Virus record (IMG/VR): IMGVR_UViG_3300038675_000634
Coordinates: 1-31,170 of that record
DNA length: 31,170 nt
Source of the DNA: a virus
Taxonomy: Duplodnaviria > Caudoviricetes
Reading direction: 5' to 3' (one strand)
Positions 8,846 to 19,347 of the stretch are shown piece by piece. The notes below the pieces were generated by a model. It searched no databases. It saw nothing but the letters and a program-made list of their open reading frames with translations, and was not told where the DNA came from. The translations under genes were made by a program, and so were the position numbers. Every line of letters starts with the position of its first letter. Position 1 is the stretch's first letter.

Positions 8846-11800
8846 CTATCCATTAACAATATACCTGCGCTTCCTGCCGCCAATCTCAACTCGTTTGTGC
8901 AGTTCTATGTCGTCAATGACACGGGCGCCCGACAAGTTAATGTCCACCACGACTGGCTCCGAAACTGCCAGCGACGCACGCCCAACATATCCACCATTCG
9001 CATATAATCCCGAACCGCTACGAGCCACAAACGCAGGTCGTGAGCCACGCAATAAATGCTTCATTACAAACGAGCCAAAATCTTCTCCCGCCTTCAAAGC
9101 TGTATACATCCCCATCAGCTCGGAATAATTACGGTCAACAACTTCCTTAGGAAACACAAGCTCGCCTTCATGAACAATACCTGCAGGACGCTGGCCTGTT
9201 TCATCGGGAGTTCCCATTCCAGAACCAGTATATCCGCCCTCTGCAAATTTCTGTCCGTTAATCAATGCTAACTGAGCTGCAAATAATGTAGCTAAAATAC
9301 CAGTCAACACCGCCGCACTTACTGTCCCGAGCGGCCCTTCTTTAGAAAGCTGGCGAGCCCAAATCATAGCTATAGATTTAGCAAATTCAATTGCAAGTTC
9401 CCATTTAGCTTGCTTCTTCTTTTCTTGAGCCGACTTTCTATCAAACTCCTCCTGTATTTCTTGCTTGCGTTCTTCAGATTTGCGTTTTTCTTCTTCTAAT
9501 CTTGCATTGATAGCTTCCCTTTGTTCTGCGGACATATTTTCATTAGCAAGCATCATTTCACTTTTGCTCTGAACACCTTCTATATACTCATCTTCTATCT
9601 CTAATAATCTATCTTTAGCTTCTTCTGCAGCCCTAATACGACCATCCCAATACTGACTCCATGCCTGCTGTCCAATTTCGGTAAGCTTAGAACCAACTAA
9701 ACTAAGAGCATCACCTATTGTAAGCTCTTCAATGTTAAATTGTTCTTTAAGTAAATCTCCTATTTCTTCTTTAGTTAAATCGCCAATTTTAGTTAACGGC
9801 TCCTGAGCTGGTGTCCTACCTCGTATATTTTCATAAACGAACTTGCGTTGTTCTGCAGGAGTATAATCTTCAAAACCAAGAGGTAGCAAATCTTTAAATA
9901 CAGGATTATTCTTAATCATCTCAATAATGGTATTAATATCGCCTTCTTGTTTAAGATTTTGATTAGTGGCATTTAAGGCATTATTTATATCTTTAAGTTT
10001 GTCTGTAGATTCTGTAAGCATCGCAAGCTTGCTTGTATTATCTTCTAAATTGGCGTCATAATATAATAATAACTGTCTATCTTTATCTGATAAAGTAGTC
10101 ACAACAACTTCTTGTTCTGTTTCAGGAACTTTTCGGTTTTTATCAGCATAATATGCTCGGAGTTGCTCTTCTAAAGATTTTTGACCTGCTATTGCTTTTC
10201 TCAGTTCATTAAATCCAGACCATTGAGAAGCCCGTTTAAGCAATCTTGAAACAAATTCTTCATCTGTCTCGCCAGCTTTCCGACTTCCTATTCCTGCTTT
10301 TTTAGCAGATAACTCAGACATTATTGTAGAAATCATTGCACTAACATCTGCAACCATTACCTTTTTGCGTGTCTCGGTTCCAATTTCCAGCTTCTTGTTT
10401 TGCAGATTTTTTATTGCTCTATCATATGTTTGAATTAATTTTTCATTCTTAGCGATTGTAAGATTATTCTCTGCTATTATTGCTTCATTTTCTTCAATAG
10501 ACCTCAATATTGGTGCAAATGCTTCCTGCTGGTCTTGACTTAATCTATCAATAAATTTAGCTACCTTTTTAGTATCTCCCAATGCTAACGCCGCCACAAT
10601 ATCTGTAAAGTCCTCCATTTTTATACCAAAAGGTTTAAGCTTATCACGAAGAAAACTAAACAGGTCTGAGATGTCATTCATATTATCTTCAATATCTTCA
10701 AGAATATATCCATATTTACTAACAAGTGATTTAATGGAATTACCAAGTCGTTTCTTATATTCATCTATTACATTATTGATATAAGTAGAAACAGATTTTG
10801 GTGTGCTATTATCTTTTAACATTTCCTCAAGTTCATCAAGCGACGCCTGACTTACTTTAACAAAAAACTCAGGATAAACTTCTTCAACTATTTTACGAAC
10901 TATCTCTATAGCTTCTTTTGGAGTTTTAACTTTTGAAATTAGCTTGGAAAGCTCTTCCTCTAAATATGCATCTATTTTTTCAGTATTCTCTTCTATTAAC
11001 CCAATAACTATCTCATTTAAGTTGGAAGCTAATCTTTGCAGTTCTGGAATACCTGTAGCATTCAACATATTTACATATTGCTGAATATCTTCTTCTTTAA
11101 TAGTTTTGAGCTTTGTCTGAAGCAGTGCAAGGTTTTGTGTGACATCTGAAATAGTGCGATTTTTCTTTTTAAAGATTTCTGAAAGCTCACCAAACTGCAA
11201 TGAGAATTGTCCAAACTTATTTAATGTATCTATTATATCTGATGACGGAAGTATATTATCTCCGCTTGCAATCAATTCCGTAATATAGTCCTGAATATCT
11301 TGTAGCTTTTCTTGAGATTTAGTATCATAGCTTATACCGAAATTTCTGAACAGGTCTGTATATTTATCATAAACATCCTTGACTTTATCTTTAAGCTCTT
11401 TTTGTTTACCGCCACCACTAATTGCTTTTGCCGGAGGACTCATCCTTCTCATTGTATCAAGCAAAGCTTCTAAATTGGTCTTTGATTTATCAACTACTAT
11501 TCCGTTTATACTATCAACAGCATTTTTAGCAGATTGTGCGAATAGTTCTAAGTTTAATCCAACTGTATGTGCTTCAGCAGCAGCAGCCTGTGTCCATCCT
11601 GTAGCGTCTTTATTTATAGCTGATAATTCCTTTATAAGAGGATTAAATGTATTATCAATAAGGGTATTTTTTTCTTTTTGAAAAGCAGCACGCTCTTCTG
11701 CTGTTTTTTTTGTCCAATCCGTCTGGATTATTTCATTATAGGTAGATGTTATAACATCCATACCTGCATCTAATGTTTCTTTAATACGTGTATCAAAATC

Positions 11801-14800
11801 ACCTACATAACCTGTGCCAATTTGCCTTCTTTGAAAAGCTACACCAATTCTTGCATTACCTTTATCTGTGAAATATGCAGAAGCATATTCCGCGTATGCT
11901 TTCTTGGCTTCAATAGATTGCACTAACAGTAATGCATCTGATTTCTCAAGTAATGCTTCGGTCTCAAGGTCTGTCAGTCGTATATAAGCATTAGATAACT
12001 GAGCCTTTATATTACCACCCTCAATTTCTATGTTATATTGTGTCCTGAGAGTTTCAATAAGATAAATAACAGACTCATTTAGTAGTTCTGTCTGCTCTTT
12101 TGTTATACTGGTATTATCTGCAAGCTCTTCCATTTGCTCAATCATAGTGCGAAAGCCATGCAAAGAAGCTATCTTTGTATCTAACTTATCAACTTCGTCC
12201 TGTGCTGCCTTTAGCTTAATATCAACATCACCAATACCCATTATCTCATAAATACTTAATTCTTTCTTTCTTTTTGAGGCATTACTTAGAATTCCAAATA
12301 ATCCAATTACGGCACTAATGATAATAGAAAGTCCCAATGTTGCTTCAGCCCAGGCTGCAGCCATTGCGGCTCCGGCGGCCTGAGCAGCAGTTTTTGCTCC
12401 AACAAGATTAAGAACCAGTGTTTTAACTGATAGTCCTAACGCTACGAACACCTGTAAAATAGACCTAAATGAGGTAGTAAAGATTGTTTTTATATTAATC
12501 CATAATAATTGCAGGCGTGTTCCAAGCAGGAGATTACCTTGAATAAGCGTGTTTATAGTTTTAAATGACAAAAATCCAGCTATCACGCCTTTAATTGCTG
12601 GAACTAAAGCCCAAAGAGATTTTACTAATGCACCAAGTAAGGCGGTTATAGTGCTAATAAAGTTTCGGAATGGTGACTCTAATTCTCGTCCAACGCTCAA
12701 TCCAAAATCAGTTACCTTTGTTTTTAACTCGTCTATTTTAGCACTTGTAGTTGCCAATCTTTCTGCTGTAGCTTCTTCGGCGGCACCCATACTGCCATAA
12801 ATATCAACAAGGTCTTTAAGGTAATCTTCTTGATTTTGTGCAAGCGATGCTATTGCCTTAAATCCTGTCCTGCTTTTAACGAGGGTAGTCATTGCTTCTT
12901 CAGATTCAAGCATTGAACCAAGTCCCTGAATTGCACCGATAAGACCTTTTGCTCGGACAGTATTCATATCCAGCGTCACACCATATTCCTGCATCATCTT
13001 TGTGGCTTCTTGAGTTGGATTAGCTATAGTCATTAACAACTGATTTAGAGAGGTAAATGCCTGGTCAACCTTAACACCATTACGGGTCATGCTTGAGATA
13101 GCAGCAGATACCTCTTCAATATTCAGGCCAAATAAAGATGCTGTAGAAGCGACCTTTGACATCTGTTCCGAGTATTGCTGAGTTGTAATAATACCAAGAC
13201 GGGTAGTTTCAAACATCACATCTGCTACATGAGCCGCACTTTCAGCACTTAAATCAAAAGCATTTAAGGTTTGCACTAAAGACAGAGCAGCATCATTCAA
13301 ATCGGCAAATCCACCAACAGCAAGTTTCATAGAAGCATCTAATACACGCAATGCATCTGCTCCGGTAAATTGTGCGGAAATTATTTGATAAAATCCTTCG
13401 GCAGCATTCTTTAATGAAATATGATATGCCTTAGCAAGACCTGAAACAGCATCCTCAAATTGCCTTTTCTTTTGTTCTGCAAATTCTACATTATCTCCAA
13501 GCTCTTTCCTCATTATGGCAAATGTCTTTGACATCTCATTGCGAAAATCAATATTAGTTTTGAATGCACCAGAAATTACCCGTTTTACTACATCAAACGC
13601 CTGATATGAAGTGACAGCAGTTAAAACGAAAGATACACGCGAAAGTATCTTTTGCCAAGAAAACATATCCTTAAGAATAGCCGTAATATGACTTTCTACT
13701 CTACTGCTTTCGCCTGCCACCAATTCAAGATTATCACCAATCCTTTTTGTTTGAATACCTGCCATGTGTAATTGCTTCTGCATTTCATCTATCTTAGCAG
13801 AGCGAATAGATTGCGGGAATTTATGCAGTTCGTAATTTACTTTACGAATCTCATCTAAAGCTTCATGAAATGTAAGTTTTTTGCTTGTCCCAATATTTCT
13901 GATTATATCATTCAGTTTTTCTGTCTGACTTGTTATTTCCTGCCGTTCTTTCTTTTCACGGATTAACGCTTCTATATCCTTCTTATATTGGCTCATCCGT
14001 CTGTCATGGGCAGCTTTTTCCTGCTGTTCCTGGGCAGCAATTTCCTTGCCTCGCAGTTTCAAGTTATCTAATTGCTTTTCATCATTGCGGACATTCTTTA
14101 TTGCTTCCTGCATTCGCAGGGTTTTTTCATCAATTTCTTCTTTTGTTTTGCCTGCATTTATGGCAGCACGAACTGCTTTCTCTGCCTCTGCGGCATCTTG
14201 TCTTGAAATCTTTAGTAGTTGCTCCCGAAGCTTTAACTGTATTTGTAACTGTTCTGTTGTCTTTATATCTTGAGGATTTGTTACCGCCGATACTTCGGAT
14301 AATCCTTGAAGTTTAGCTTCTCTCTTTGCTTGTATTAAAGCTTCTTGCCGTTGTTGTTTAATCAATGCCTGATGAGCTTTATATTGAGCAGCATCTTCTT
14401 CTCTTACTTGTTGGGCAATTCTGGCTGCCATTTCTCGCTCTTCCTGCGTCCTATCTTTTCCTGATGTTTTTTCGTATCCTTCACGACCTTTCACTAAATT
14501 CTTAATCTCATCTTCATCAGGTTCCCTAAATAAGCCAGCTTCATTTGCTTTCACAATCCTGTCTGCTATTTTTTCAACCATAGCATCCAGTTTTTTAGAG
14601 TAAGTGCTCATAAGCTTGTTAATTATATCAATTTTGCGGATTGCTTCGTTAGTTAGCTTATCGTATTCTGCCTGAAGTTTCTTTGCTTGAGCGTCATACT
14701 GGCGAACATCTGCCTCAAATCTTTTTCTGGCTTCTGCGCTGGCTTTATCAAATTGCTTTTGCGCCCTTTTTATTGCATCAGGCATTTCTTTATCTGTCAA

Positions 14801-15280
14801 TGCAGTAGCTTTTTCTTCTATAAGACCCGCAAATGTTCCCTCTGGATATTCACGCGAGACCTTTATGCGATTTTTAGCTTGTAAATCCCGACGCATTTTC
14901 TCTTGATTAAGGAGATATGTATCTTCAACTTCTCCTTTTTCCCAATATTTAGGCAAATTAATTGATTTTTTAGTAGGTCTTGGCCCTCCAAGTCGGCTAA
15001 TAATGTCCGATGGTGATGGCATTTGAGGCACTTTTAGCTTCTCAATAGAAGACATTAGTTTATTTACTTCTTTAACATAAGCCGCTACAGAGTTTGAAGC
15101 TCCGGCATTATTAAGCATAGAAATACCTCTGCTAATTGCCTGCAATCCACCAAGAACTTTTGCAAGTTCAGCGACTGTCTTTTCTGCTCCAAGAACAGAA
15201 CTGTATTGAGTTTTTAGTTTCTCAACCCATGCAATCTTTACATCAATATCTACGCCCAGGTCTATAACTTTCTTTGGCAT
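8846..15280 (-). CDS. tail tape measure protein, 2144 aa
   Basis: TP901-type core (AAEGFYQIISA...SAAHVADVMFET...AFTSLNQLL..IANPT), hydrophobic Ala-rich segments, long coiled coils, and C-terminal KFAEGGYTG...PAGIVHEGE motif. Confidence 0.93.
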   Translation of the reverse strand: MPKKVIDLGVDIDVKIAWVEKLKTQYSSVLGAEKTVAELAKVLGGLQAISRGISMLNNAGASNSVAAYVKEVNKLMSSIEKLKVPQMPSPSDIISRLGGPRPTKKSINLPKYWEKGEVEDTYLLNQEKMRRDLQAKNRIKVSREYPEGTFAGLIEEKATALTDKEMPDAIKRAQKQFDKASAEARKRFEADVRQYDAQAKKLQAEYDKLTNEAIRKIDIINKLMSTYSKKLDAMVEKIADRIVKANEAGLFREPDEDEIKNLVKGREGYEKTSGKDRTQEEREMAARIAQQVREEDAAQYKAHQALIKQQRQEALIQAKREAKLQGLSEVSAVTNPQDIKTTEQLQIQLKLREQLLKISRQDAAEAEKAVRAAINAGKTKEEIDEKTLRMQEAIKNVRNDEKQLDNLKLRGKEIAAQEQQEKAAHDRRMSQYKKDIEALIREKKERQEITSQTEKLNDIIRNIGTSKKLTFHEALDEIRKVNYELHKFPQSIRSAKIDEMQKQLHMAGIQTKRIGDNLELVAGESSRVESHITAILKDMFSWQKILSRVSFVLTAVTSYQAFDVVKRVISGAFKTNIDFRNEMSKTFAIMRKELGDNVEFAEQKKRQFEDAVSGLAKAYHISLKNAAEGFYQIISAQFTGADALRVLDASMKLAVGGFADLNDAALSLVQTLNAFDLSAESAAHVADVMFETTRLGIITTQQYSEQMSKVASTASLFGLNIEEVSAAISSMTRNGVKVDQAFTSLNQLLMTIANPTQEATKMMQEYGVTLDMNTVRAKGLIGAIQGLGSMLESEEAMTTLVKSRTGFKAIASLAQNQEDYLKDLVDIYGSMGAAEEATAERLATTSAKIDELKTKVTDFGLSVGRELESPFRNFISTITALLGALVKSLWALVPAIKGVIAGFLSFKTINTLIQGNLLLGTRLQLLWINIKTIFTTSFRSILQVFVALGLSVKTLVLNLVGAKTAAQAAGAAMAAAWAEATLGLSIIISAVIGLFGILSNASKRKKELSIYEIMGIGDVDIKLKAAQDEVDKLDTKIASLHGFRTMIEQMEELADNTSITKEQTELLNESVIYLIETLRTQYNIEIEGGNIKAQLSNAYIRLTDLETEALLEKSDALLLVQSIEAKKAYAEYASAYFTDKGNARIGVAFQRRQIGTGYVGDFDTRIKETLDAGMDVITSTYNEIIQTDWTKKTAEERAAFQKEKNTLIDNTFNPLIKELSAINKDATGWTQAAAAEAHTVGLNLELFAQSAKNAVDSINGIVVDKSKTNLEALLDTMRRMSPPAKAISGGGKQKELKDKVKDVYDKYTDLFRNFGISYDTKSQEKLQDIQDYITELIASGDNILPSSDIIDTLNKFGQFSLQFGELSEIFKKKNRTISDVTQNLALLQTKLKTIKEEDIQQYVNMLNATGIPELQRLASNLNEIVIGLIEENTEKIDAYLEEELSKLISKVKTPKEAIEIVRKIVEEVYPEFFVKVSQASLDELEEMLKDNSTPKSVSTYINNVIDEYKKRLGNSIKSLVSKYGYILEDIEDNMNDISDLFSFLRDKLKPFGIKMEDFTDIVAALALGDTKKVAKFIDRLSQDQQEAFAPILRSIEENEAIIAENNLTIAKNEKLIQTYDRAIKNLQNKKLEIGTETRKKVMVADVSAMISTIMSELSAKKAGIGSRKAGETDEEFVSRLLKRASQWSGFNELRKAIAGQKSLEEQLRAYYADKNRKVPETEQEVVVTTLSDKDRQLLLYYDANLEDNTSKLAMLTESTDKLKDINNALNATNQNLKQEGDINTIIEMIKNNPVFKDLLPLGFEDYTPAEQRKFVYENIRGRTPAQEPLTKIGDLTKEEIGDLLKEQFNIEELTIGDALSLVGSKLTEIGQQAWSQYWDGRIRAAEEAKDRLLEIEDEYIEGVQSKSEMMLANENMSAEQREAINARLEEEKRKSEERKQEIQEEFDRKSAQEKKKQAKWELAIEFAKSIAMIWARQLSKEGPLGTVSAAVLTGILATLFAAQLALINGQKFAEGGYTGSGMGTPDETGQRPAGIVHEGELVFPKEVVDRNYSELMGMYTALKAGEDFGSFVMKHLLRGSRPAFVARSGSGLYANGGYVGRASLAVSEPVVVDINLSGARVIDDIELHKRVEIGGRKRRYIVNG

Positions 15281-15287
15281 TGTCGCC

Positions 15288-16682
15288 TCATCCTTCTTTA
15301 AAAATTGTTATATTATTTCGTAATGCTTTCATTGTCTTTATAATATCATCTGATTCTTTGCTGGCTGTATTAAGATATACCTTTTTAGTGCTTTCCATAA
15401 CTTTTTGAGTTAGTGCTGCTCCTGATATAAATCTTGTTTTAGCATCACGACCTCTCATTTCATGAATATTTATTAGGTCTTGTATTATCGTATCTTCTAA
15501 AAATGTTAGTAACGGACCAGCAAGACCAAACTTGTCATTTGTTGCAATTTCATGAAGCTGTTCTTCTAACTCACTAACGGGAATTTCATGATAATCAATT
15601 TTCTGATTTCGTATCTCAATCATCTCATATTCATCAAGCTTAACATTTTTAATTTTTGCTAATATTTCAATAGATTTATCAAATAATATATCCTCAAGGC
15701 GCTCGCGTATTATTGCTTCTCTTTCGTCTTTTTCATGCATACCTTTAAGACCTTCGCCTATGACACGATTTGTAAAAATAACTCCCCTCAGTTGTTCTCT
15801 TTTCATCTGCATTTGATATCTCTCAAGGTCTTTTCTTACATACTGACTTACTATTGAGTCCAGGTGGTCTTTCATTTCTGTCTCCATTATTTTGTTTATC
15901 TCACCTTTGATATTGCGTTGACGGATAGTAAGTAGCGGAGTTGAGACCTTTCTATATTTTGGAGCAAAGCTGGATTTTGAAGCATCAGGGTCTGCTTCCG
16001 TGTCTTCATATTCGGGATAGTTACCAAGAAAGATATATTCGCTTCCTTTTGTTGGAGAAAGCCCTTTAGCAACTCGCATACCCATCCTGCCCCGAATTAT
16101 ATGTGCTAATGCCCGAACAGGGTCTTTAATGCCTGGCTTACGACTGGGGACATTAAGCTTTCCAGACGCTCTTGCATCGCTTGCCGCATAATCTTCCCTG
16201 CGTGCCTTTAATAGCATTCTAACTGCATCCTGCCTTCTCTTAATTGCGTCTAAATTCTTATCAAAAAAAGACCGCTTACCTATAATATATTGCATTAAAT
16301 CAGCAATATTAGGTAGCCTTTCAGTTTTATGCCAGCCAAGTTCCTGTTCTCCAAGCAGGGCGTTAATTAAATCTGGATTATCTGAATCAATTGTAAGGAA
16401 AATCTTAACTGGATTACGAATTACTTTATACCCTCCTATTGAGGATTTTTCTCTGGCTACTCGTCTGGTTGTTCCTGCTCTCAATTCTAATGAGTTGTAT
16501 AATTTGCCTGTAGCAAACTTCAATCTATCTATAAGAAGGGCTTTTATCCTGTCTGTAATTACATGCTCTCTTTGCAAATAAGCATCAAACTCATAAGCTG
16601 TTTCTCTCAGAGTTTCTGGCGTCACTAACTCATCTTCGTTTAGCTTCGCAATATCATAGATATATTCTTTTGTAATTTTCAT
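15288..16682 (-). CDS. hypothetical tail-region protein, 464 aa, possibly with an HK97 gp10-like N-terminus
   Basis: ATGKLYNSL resembles the TG.L..SI motif; basic; ATGA overlap with the upstream gene. Confidence 0.55.
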   Translation of the reverse strand: MKITKEYIYDIAKLNEDELVTPETLRETAYEFDAYLQREHVITDRIKALLIDRLKFATGKLYNSLELRAGTTRRVAREKSSIGGYKVIRNPVKIFLTIDSDNPDLINALLGEQELGWHKTERLPNIADLMQYIIGKRSFFDKNLDAIKRRQDAVRMLLKARREDYAASDARASGKLNVPSRKPGIKDPVRALAHIIRGRMGMRVAKGLSPTKGSEYIFLGNYPEYEDTEADPDASKSSFAPKYRKVSTPLLTIRQRNIKGEINKIMETEMKDHLDSIVSQYVRKDLERYQMQMKREQLRGVIFTNRVIGEGLKGMHEKDEREAIIRERLEDILFDKSIEILAKIKNVKLDEYEMIEIRNQKIDYHEIPVSELEEQLHEIATNDKFGLAGPLLTFLEDTIIQDLINIHEMRGRDAKTRFISGAALTQKVMESTKKVYLNTASKESDDIIKTMKALRNNITIFKEG

Positions 16683-17320
16683 TTAATTCTTTGATTCCTT
16701 TTCTTTTCTAAACTCTGATACATTTCATCAACATCGTTATAGATGTCAAGTGCAAAAGAATAAAAGTTTGCATATTTGAGAGTTTCACGAACCTGCTTGG
16801 CAAACGCAGCATTGTCGGCTTCTATCATTGCCACTAATTCGCTTGTTATTTTGTTTATGTCGGAACAAGTTATATCCTCAATTACTACCAGGGCTTCATA
16901 TAAGGTTAAAGATTCAGGAACTATTCCATTCTTACATAATAAAACATAATTACAAAGATAGATGTCTGCTATATATATATCTTTCAATTTTTTGGCTTTT
17001 TCTGCAAGCTCCTCCTCTGTATCTTCTACATAAAGACCGATATTTATAACATGTTCTTTGCGTCGCTTAATCTCTTCCTCAAACATTGTTATCTCGTCTG
17101 CTATATACATAAAAAATGAAGTCATAGCGTTGGCGGGACTGTCAGGCGTATCTTTATCTTTTATTATGCCGTGTATTTTATTCACTATTTCGGGCTTTGA
17201 AATTGCAGGCATTATAAATGCAGTTGTAACTGAATCTCCAAGATTAAGAGAGTTAGTATCAATCCCGATTTCTTTTAATACTCTTAGAACTCGGGATATA
17301 GTTAAAATATCCTTCTTCAC
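16679..17320 (-). CDS. putative tail assembly chaperone, 213 aa
   Basis: Lies between the tail-tube genes and the tape measure; helical; GTG start with GGGAG SD. Confidence 0.5.
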   Translation of the reverse strand: MKKDILTISRVLRVLKEIGIDTNSLNLGDSVTTAFIMPAISKPEIVNKIHGIIKDKDTPDSPANAMTSFFMYIADEITMFEEEIKRRKEHVINIGLYVEDTEEELAEKAKKLKDIYIADIYLCNYVLLCKNGIVPESLTLYEALVVIEDITCSDINKITSELVAMIEADNAAFAKQVRETLKYANFYSFALDIYNDVDEMYQSLEKKRNQRIK

Positions 17321-17329
17321 ACATCTCCC

Positions 17330-17379
17330 AAAAAACAGGGCTGAAAACAGAATAACTATCTCCAGCCCTTTACTTCTAA
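17330..17379 (-). terminator. Rho-independent terminator-like hairpin after the tail-tube genes
   Basis: Minus strand AGGGCTG...CAGCCCT stem followed by GTTTTTT. Confidence 0.65.
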
Positions 17380-17388
17380 TAGATTACA

Positions 17389-18336
17389 TTATTCTACAAA
17401 TGTAATATCTACTACATTACTAAATATTGATTTCTGGACACCTTTAATCAATCCGCACATGCGAAAATAATATCTACCTACTTCAGGACAAGTAACATGT
17501 GCTTCTACTGTATCTTTTCCGTCAACATCCTGCTTCAGAATAATATTACTAAAATTCACTTCAGTTGATACTTGAATTCTAAATCCATCAACTGCAGGAT
17601 AATATCCAGCACTCCATTGCCATTTAACACCAGCAACAAGTGGTTGTCCTTCTGTATCTGAAACACTTATATGAAGAACCTTAGGTGGCTCACTTGGCAA
17701 CTCATACTGAAAGTCATATATCTTGCGAAACATAGACGCATAAGCAACCGTCTTCTCCAAGTTTATAGTTGAAGTAATAGTTCCATTGCCAGTCTCTTTC
17801 TCTGCAAAACCGAATACAACACCAACATTGTCAGTAAGACCTGCCGCTATTGCTGGCATATTACAAATAAAGATTATCTCATGCGTCTCTAACATCGCAC
17901 CATCATAACTCACTAACCGCTTGTCATTTATCTCTTCCAGCATTACAATACATTCTTCACCATCACGCTCACTGAGCCAGTTAAGAATTTCAGGCGTAGA
18001 ATTGATAAGTTCAGTCACAAATTTACCAGATTTACCAAGAACTACTTTACCAGCTATATTCCCTTCTATGGAATCTCCATCCTCAATTGTAAGGTCAATA
18101 GAATCAGCTCGCATTTCACCAATATGATACATTAACTCTTTAGTCGCATTAAGTGCAGTTAGCGCATTTTCATAATCAGGCGGACTTTCAGTAATTTTAC
18201 CATAAGTTCCACTTATCGCATCAATAGCCTGAATGTAATCTAACTCACCATCCGCTTCCGTCATACCACTGAAGTTAATCCAGACCTTATAATCACGATT
18301 ACGAATTCCCTTTCTTCCATAAATAACTTTAGACAT
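17389..18336 (-). CDS. tail tube protein paralogue with C-terminal FN3-like domain, 315 aa
   Basis: Shares RADSIDL.IEDGDSIEGNI.GK.VL.K.G.F..ELIN.TP with the 186 aa neighbour. C-terminus WQW...GFRIQVS...YYFRM...FSNVV is FN3-like. Confidence 0.7.
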   Translation of the reverse strand: MSKVIYGRKGIRNRDYKVWINFSGMTEADGELDYIQAIDAISGTYGKITESPPDYENALTALNATKELMYHIGEMRADSIDLTIEDGDSIEGNIAGKVVLGKSGKFVTELINSTPEILNWLSERDGEECIVMLEEINDKRLVSYDGAMLETHEIIFICNMPAIAAGLTDNVGVVFGFAEKETGNGTITSTINLEKTVAYASMFRKIYDFQYELPSEPPKVLHISVSDTEGQPLVAGVKWQWSAGYYPAVDGFRIQVSTEVNFSNIILKQDVDGKDTVEAHVTCPEVGRYYFRMCGLIKGVQKSIFSNVVDITFVE

Positions 18337-18371
18337 TTATCACCTCCAATAGTGACAACTATTGCTCGGCA

Positions 18372-18932
18372 TTATGAATAGTCAATATCATTTATAGAAC
18401 GAAAAGCACCAGCAGTAGGAATATTCTTTTCAATATTGATAGTTGACCTGATAGAGTCACTACCTGTAATCTTATCAGAATACGATAAAGCATATTTATT
18501 CATAAGCACTGCAGTCTTATAATTCTTTAGAGGTGACCCATAAGCATGAGTATCACGCTCTACTAACAAAACCGTGCAAACTTGTCCATCTAGTAATTCA
18601 AGAGCAGCAATATTGGCAGGCGTTGCATTGATAAGTTCAGCAGTAAACCTGCCTGCTTTATCTAAAACAATCTTGCCTAAGATATTACCTTCAATGCTGT
18701 CACCATCTTCAATTTCTAAATCAATAGAATCTGCACGACATTCACCAAGCTCCTGAAGCTTTGTTGCATCCTGACCGCCAGCCGCATCAATCAAAGCTTC
18801 TAATGTTGCTTTAGCGGGTGAAGCCAAATAACTGTTAATCGCAGTCTGAAGGGTTTCATTATCAGAAAGACCAATATAAACATGATAGTTTTTCGGTTTA
18901 ATACCAGTTATACCATAAGTAACTTTAGCCAT
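18372..18932 (-). CDS. putative major tail tube protein, 186 aa
   Basis: Position after the neck genes, size, acidic beta-rich composition, strong AGGAG SD. Confidence 0.7.
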   Translation of the reverse strand: MAKVTYGITGIKPKNYHVYIGLSDNETLQTAINSYLASPAKATLEALIDAAGGQDATKLQELGECRADSIDLEIEDGDSIEGNILGKIVLDKAGRFTAELINATPANIAALELLDGQVCTVLLVERDTHAYGSPLKNYKTAVLMNKYALSYSDKITGSDSIRSTINIEKNIPTAGAFRSINDIDYS

Positions 18933-18948
18933 TTTTTATTTCTCCTAT

Positions 18949-19347
18949 TTAGGCGTTAAATATTATTACAGTTGTCCAACCAGTAATGAACGTGCCAACA
19001 TCTATTCCAATAGAAACGGCAGGCTCAATATCTGTAAGGACAGTATAAGACATTGTGTTAATTATATTTTCCAAGAGGTCAAACATAGCCTGTTGCTTTG
19101 TAAGTAAGTCCGACGGATTGTCAAAATCATATATATCAAAGGTGCACAGGATATATGAATACCTGATTGGAGCATAGGCTCTCGCCCGTTTTTCATGCTC
19201 ACTAACTCCAAGAAAAATCCCGATAGCGGGAAAGTTTCCCATAGATAGCTCGCTTTCACTTTTTGCTATTACATAATTTGGATATGCGGTTTCTAATGCA
19301 AGAGCCAGGTCTTCATGTTTCTTGAGAAAGTCACCGGTAACGCTCAT
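18949..19347 (-). CDS. putative tail terminator/completion protein, 132 aa
   Basis: Directly upstream of the tail tube; FPAIGIF strand; typical size. Confidence 0.55.
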   Translation of the reverse strand: MSVTGDFLKKHEDLALALETAYPNYVIAKSESELSMGNFPAIGIFLGVSEHEKRARAYAPIRYSYILCTFDIYDFDNPSDLLTKQQAMFDLLENIINTMSYTVLTDIEPAVSIGIDVGTFITGWTTVIIFNA

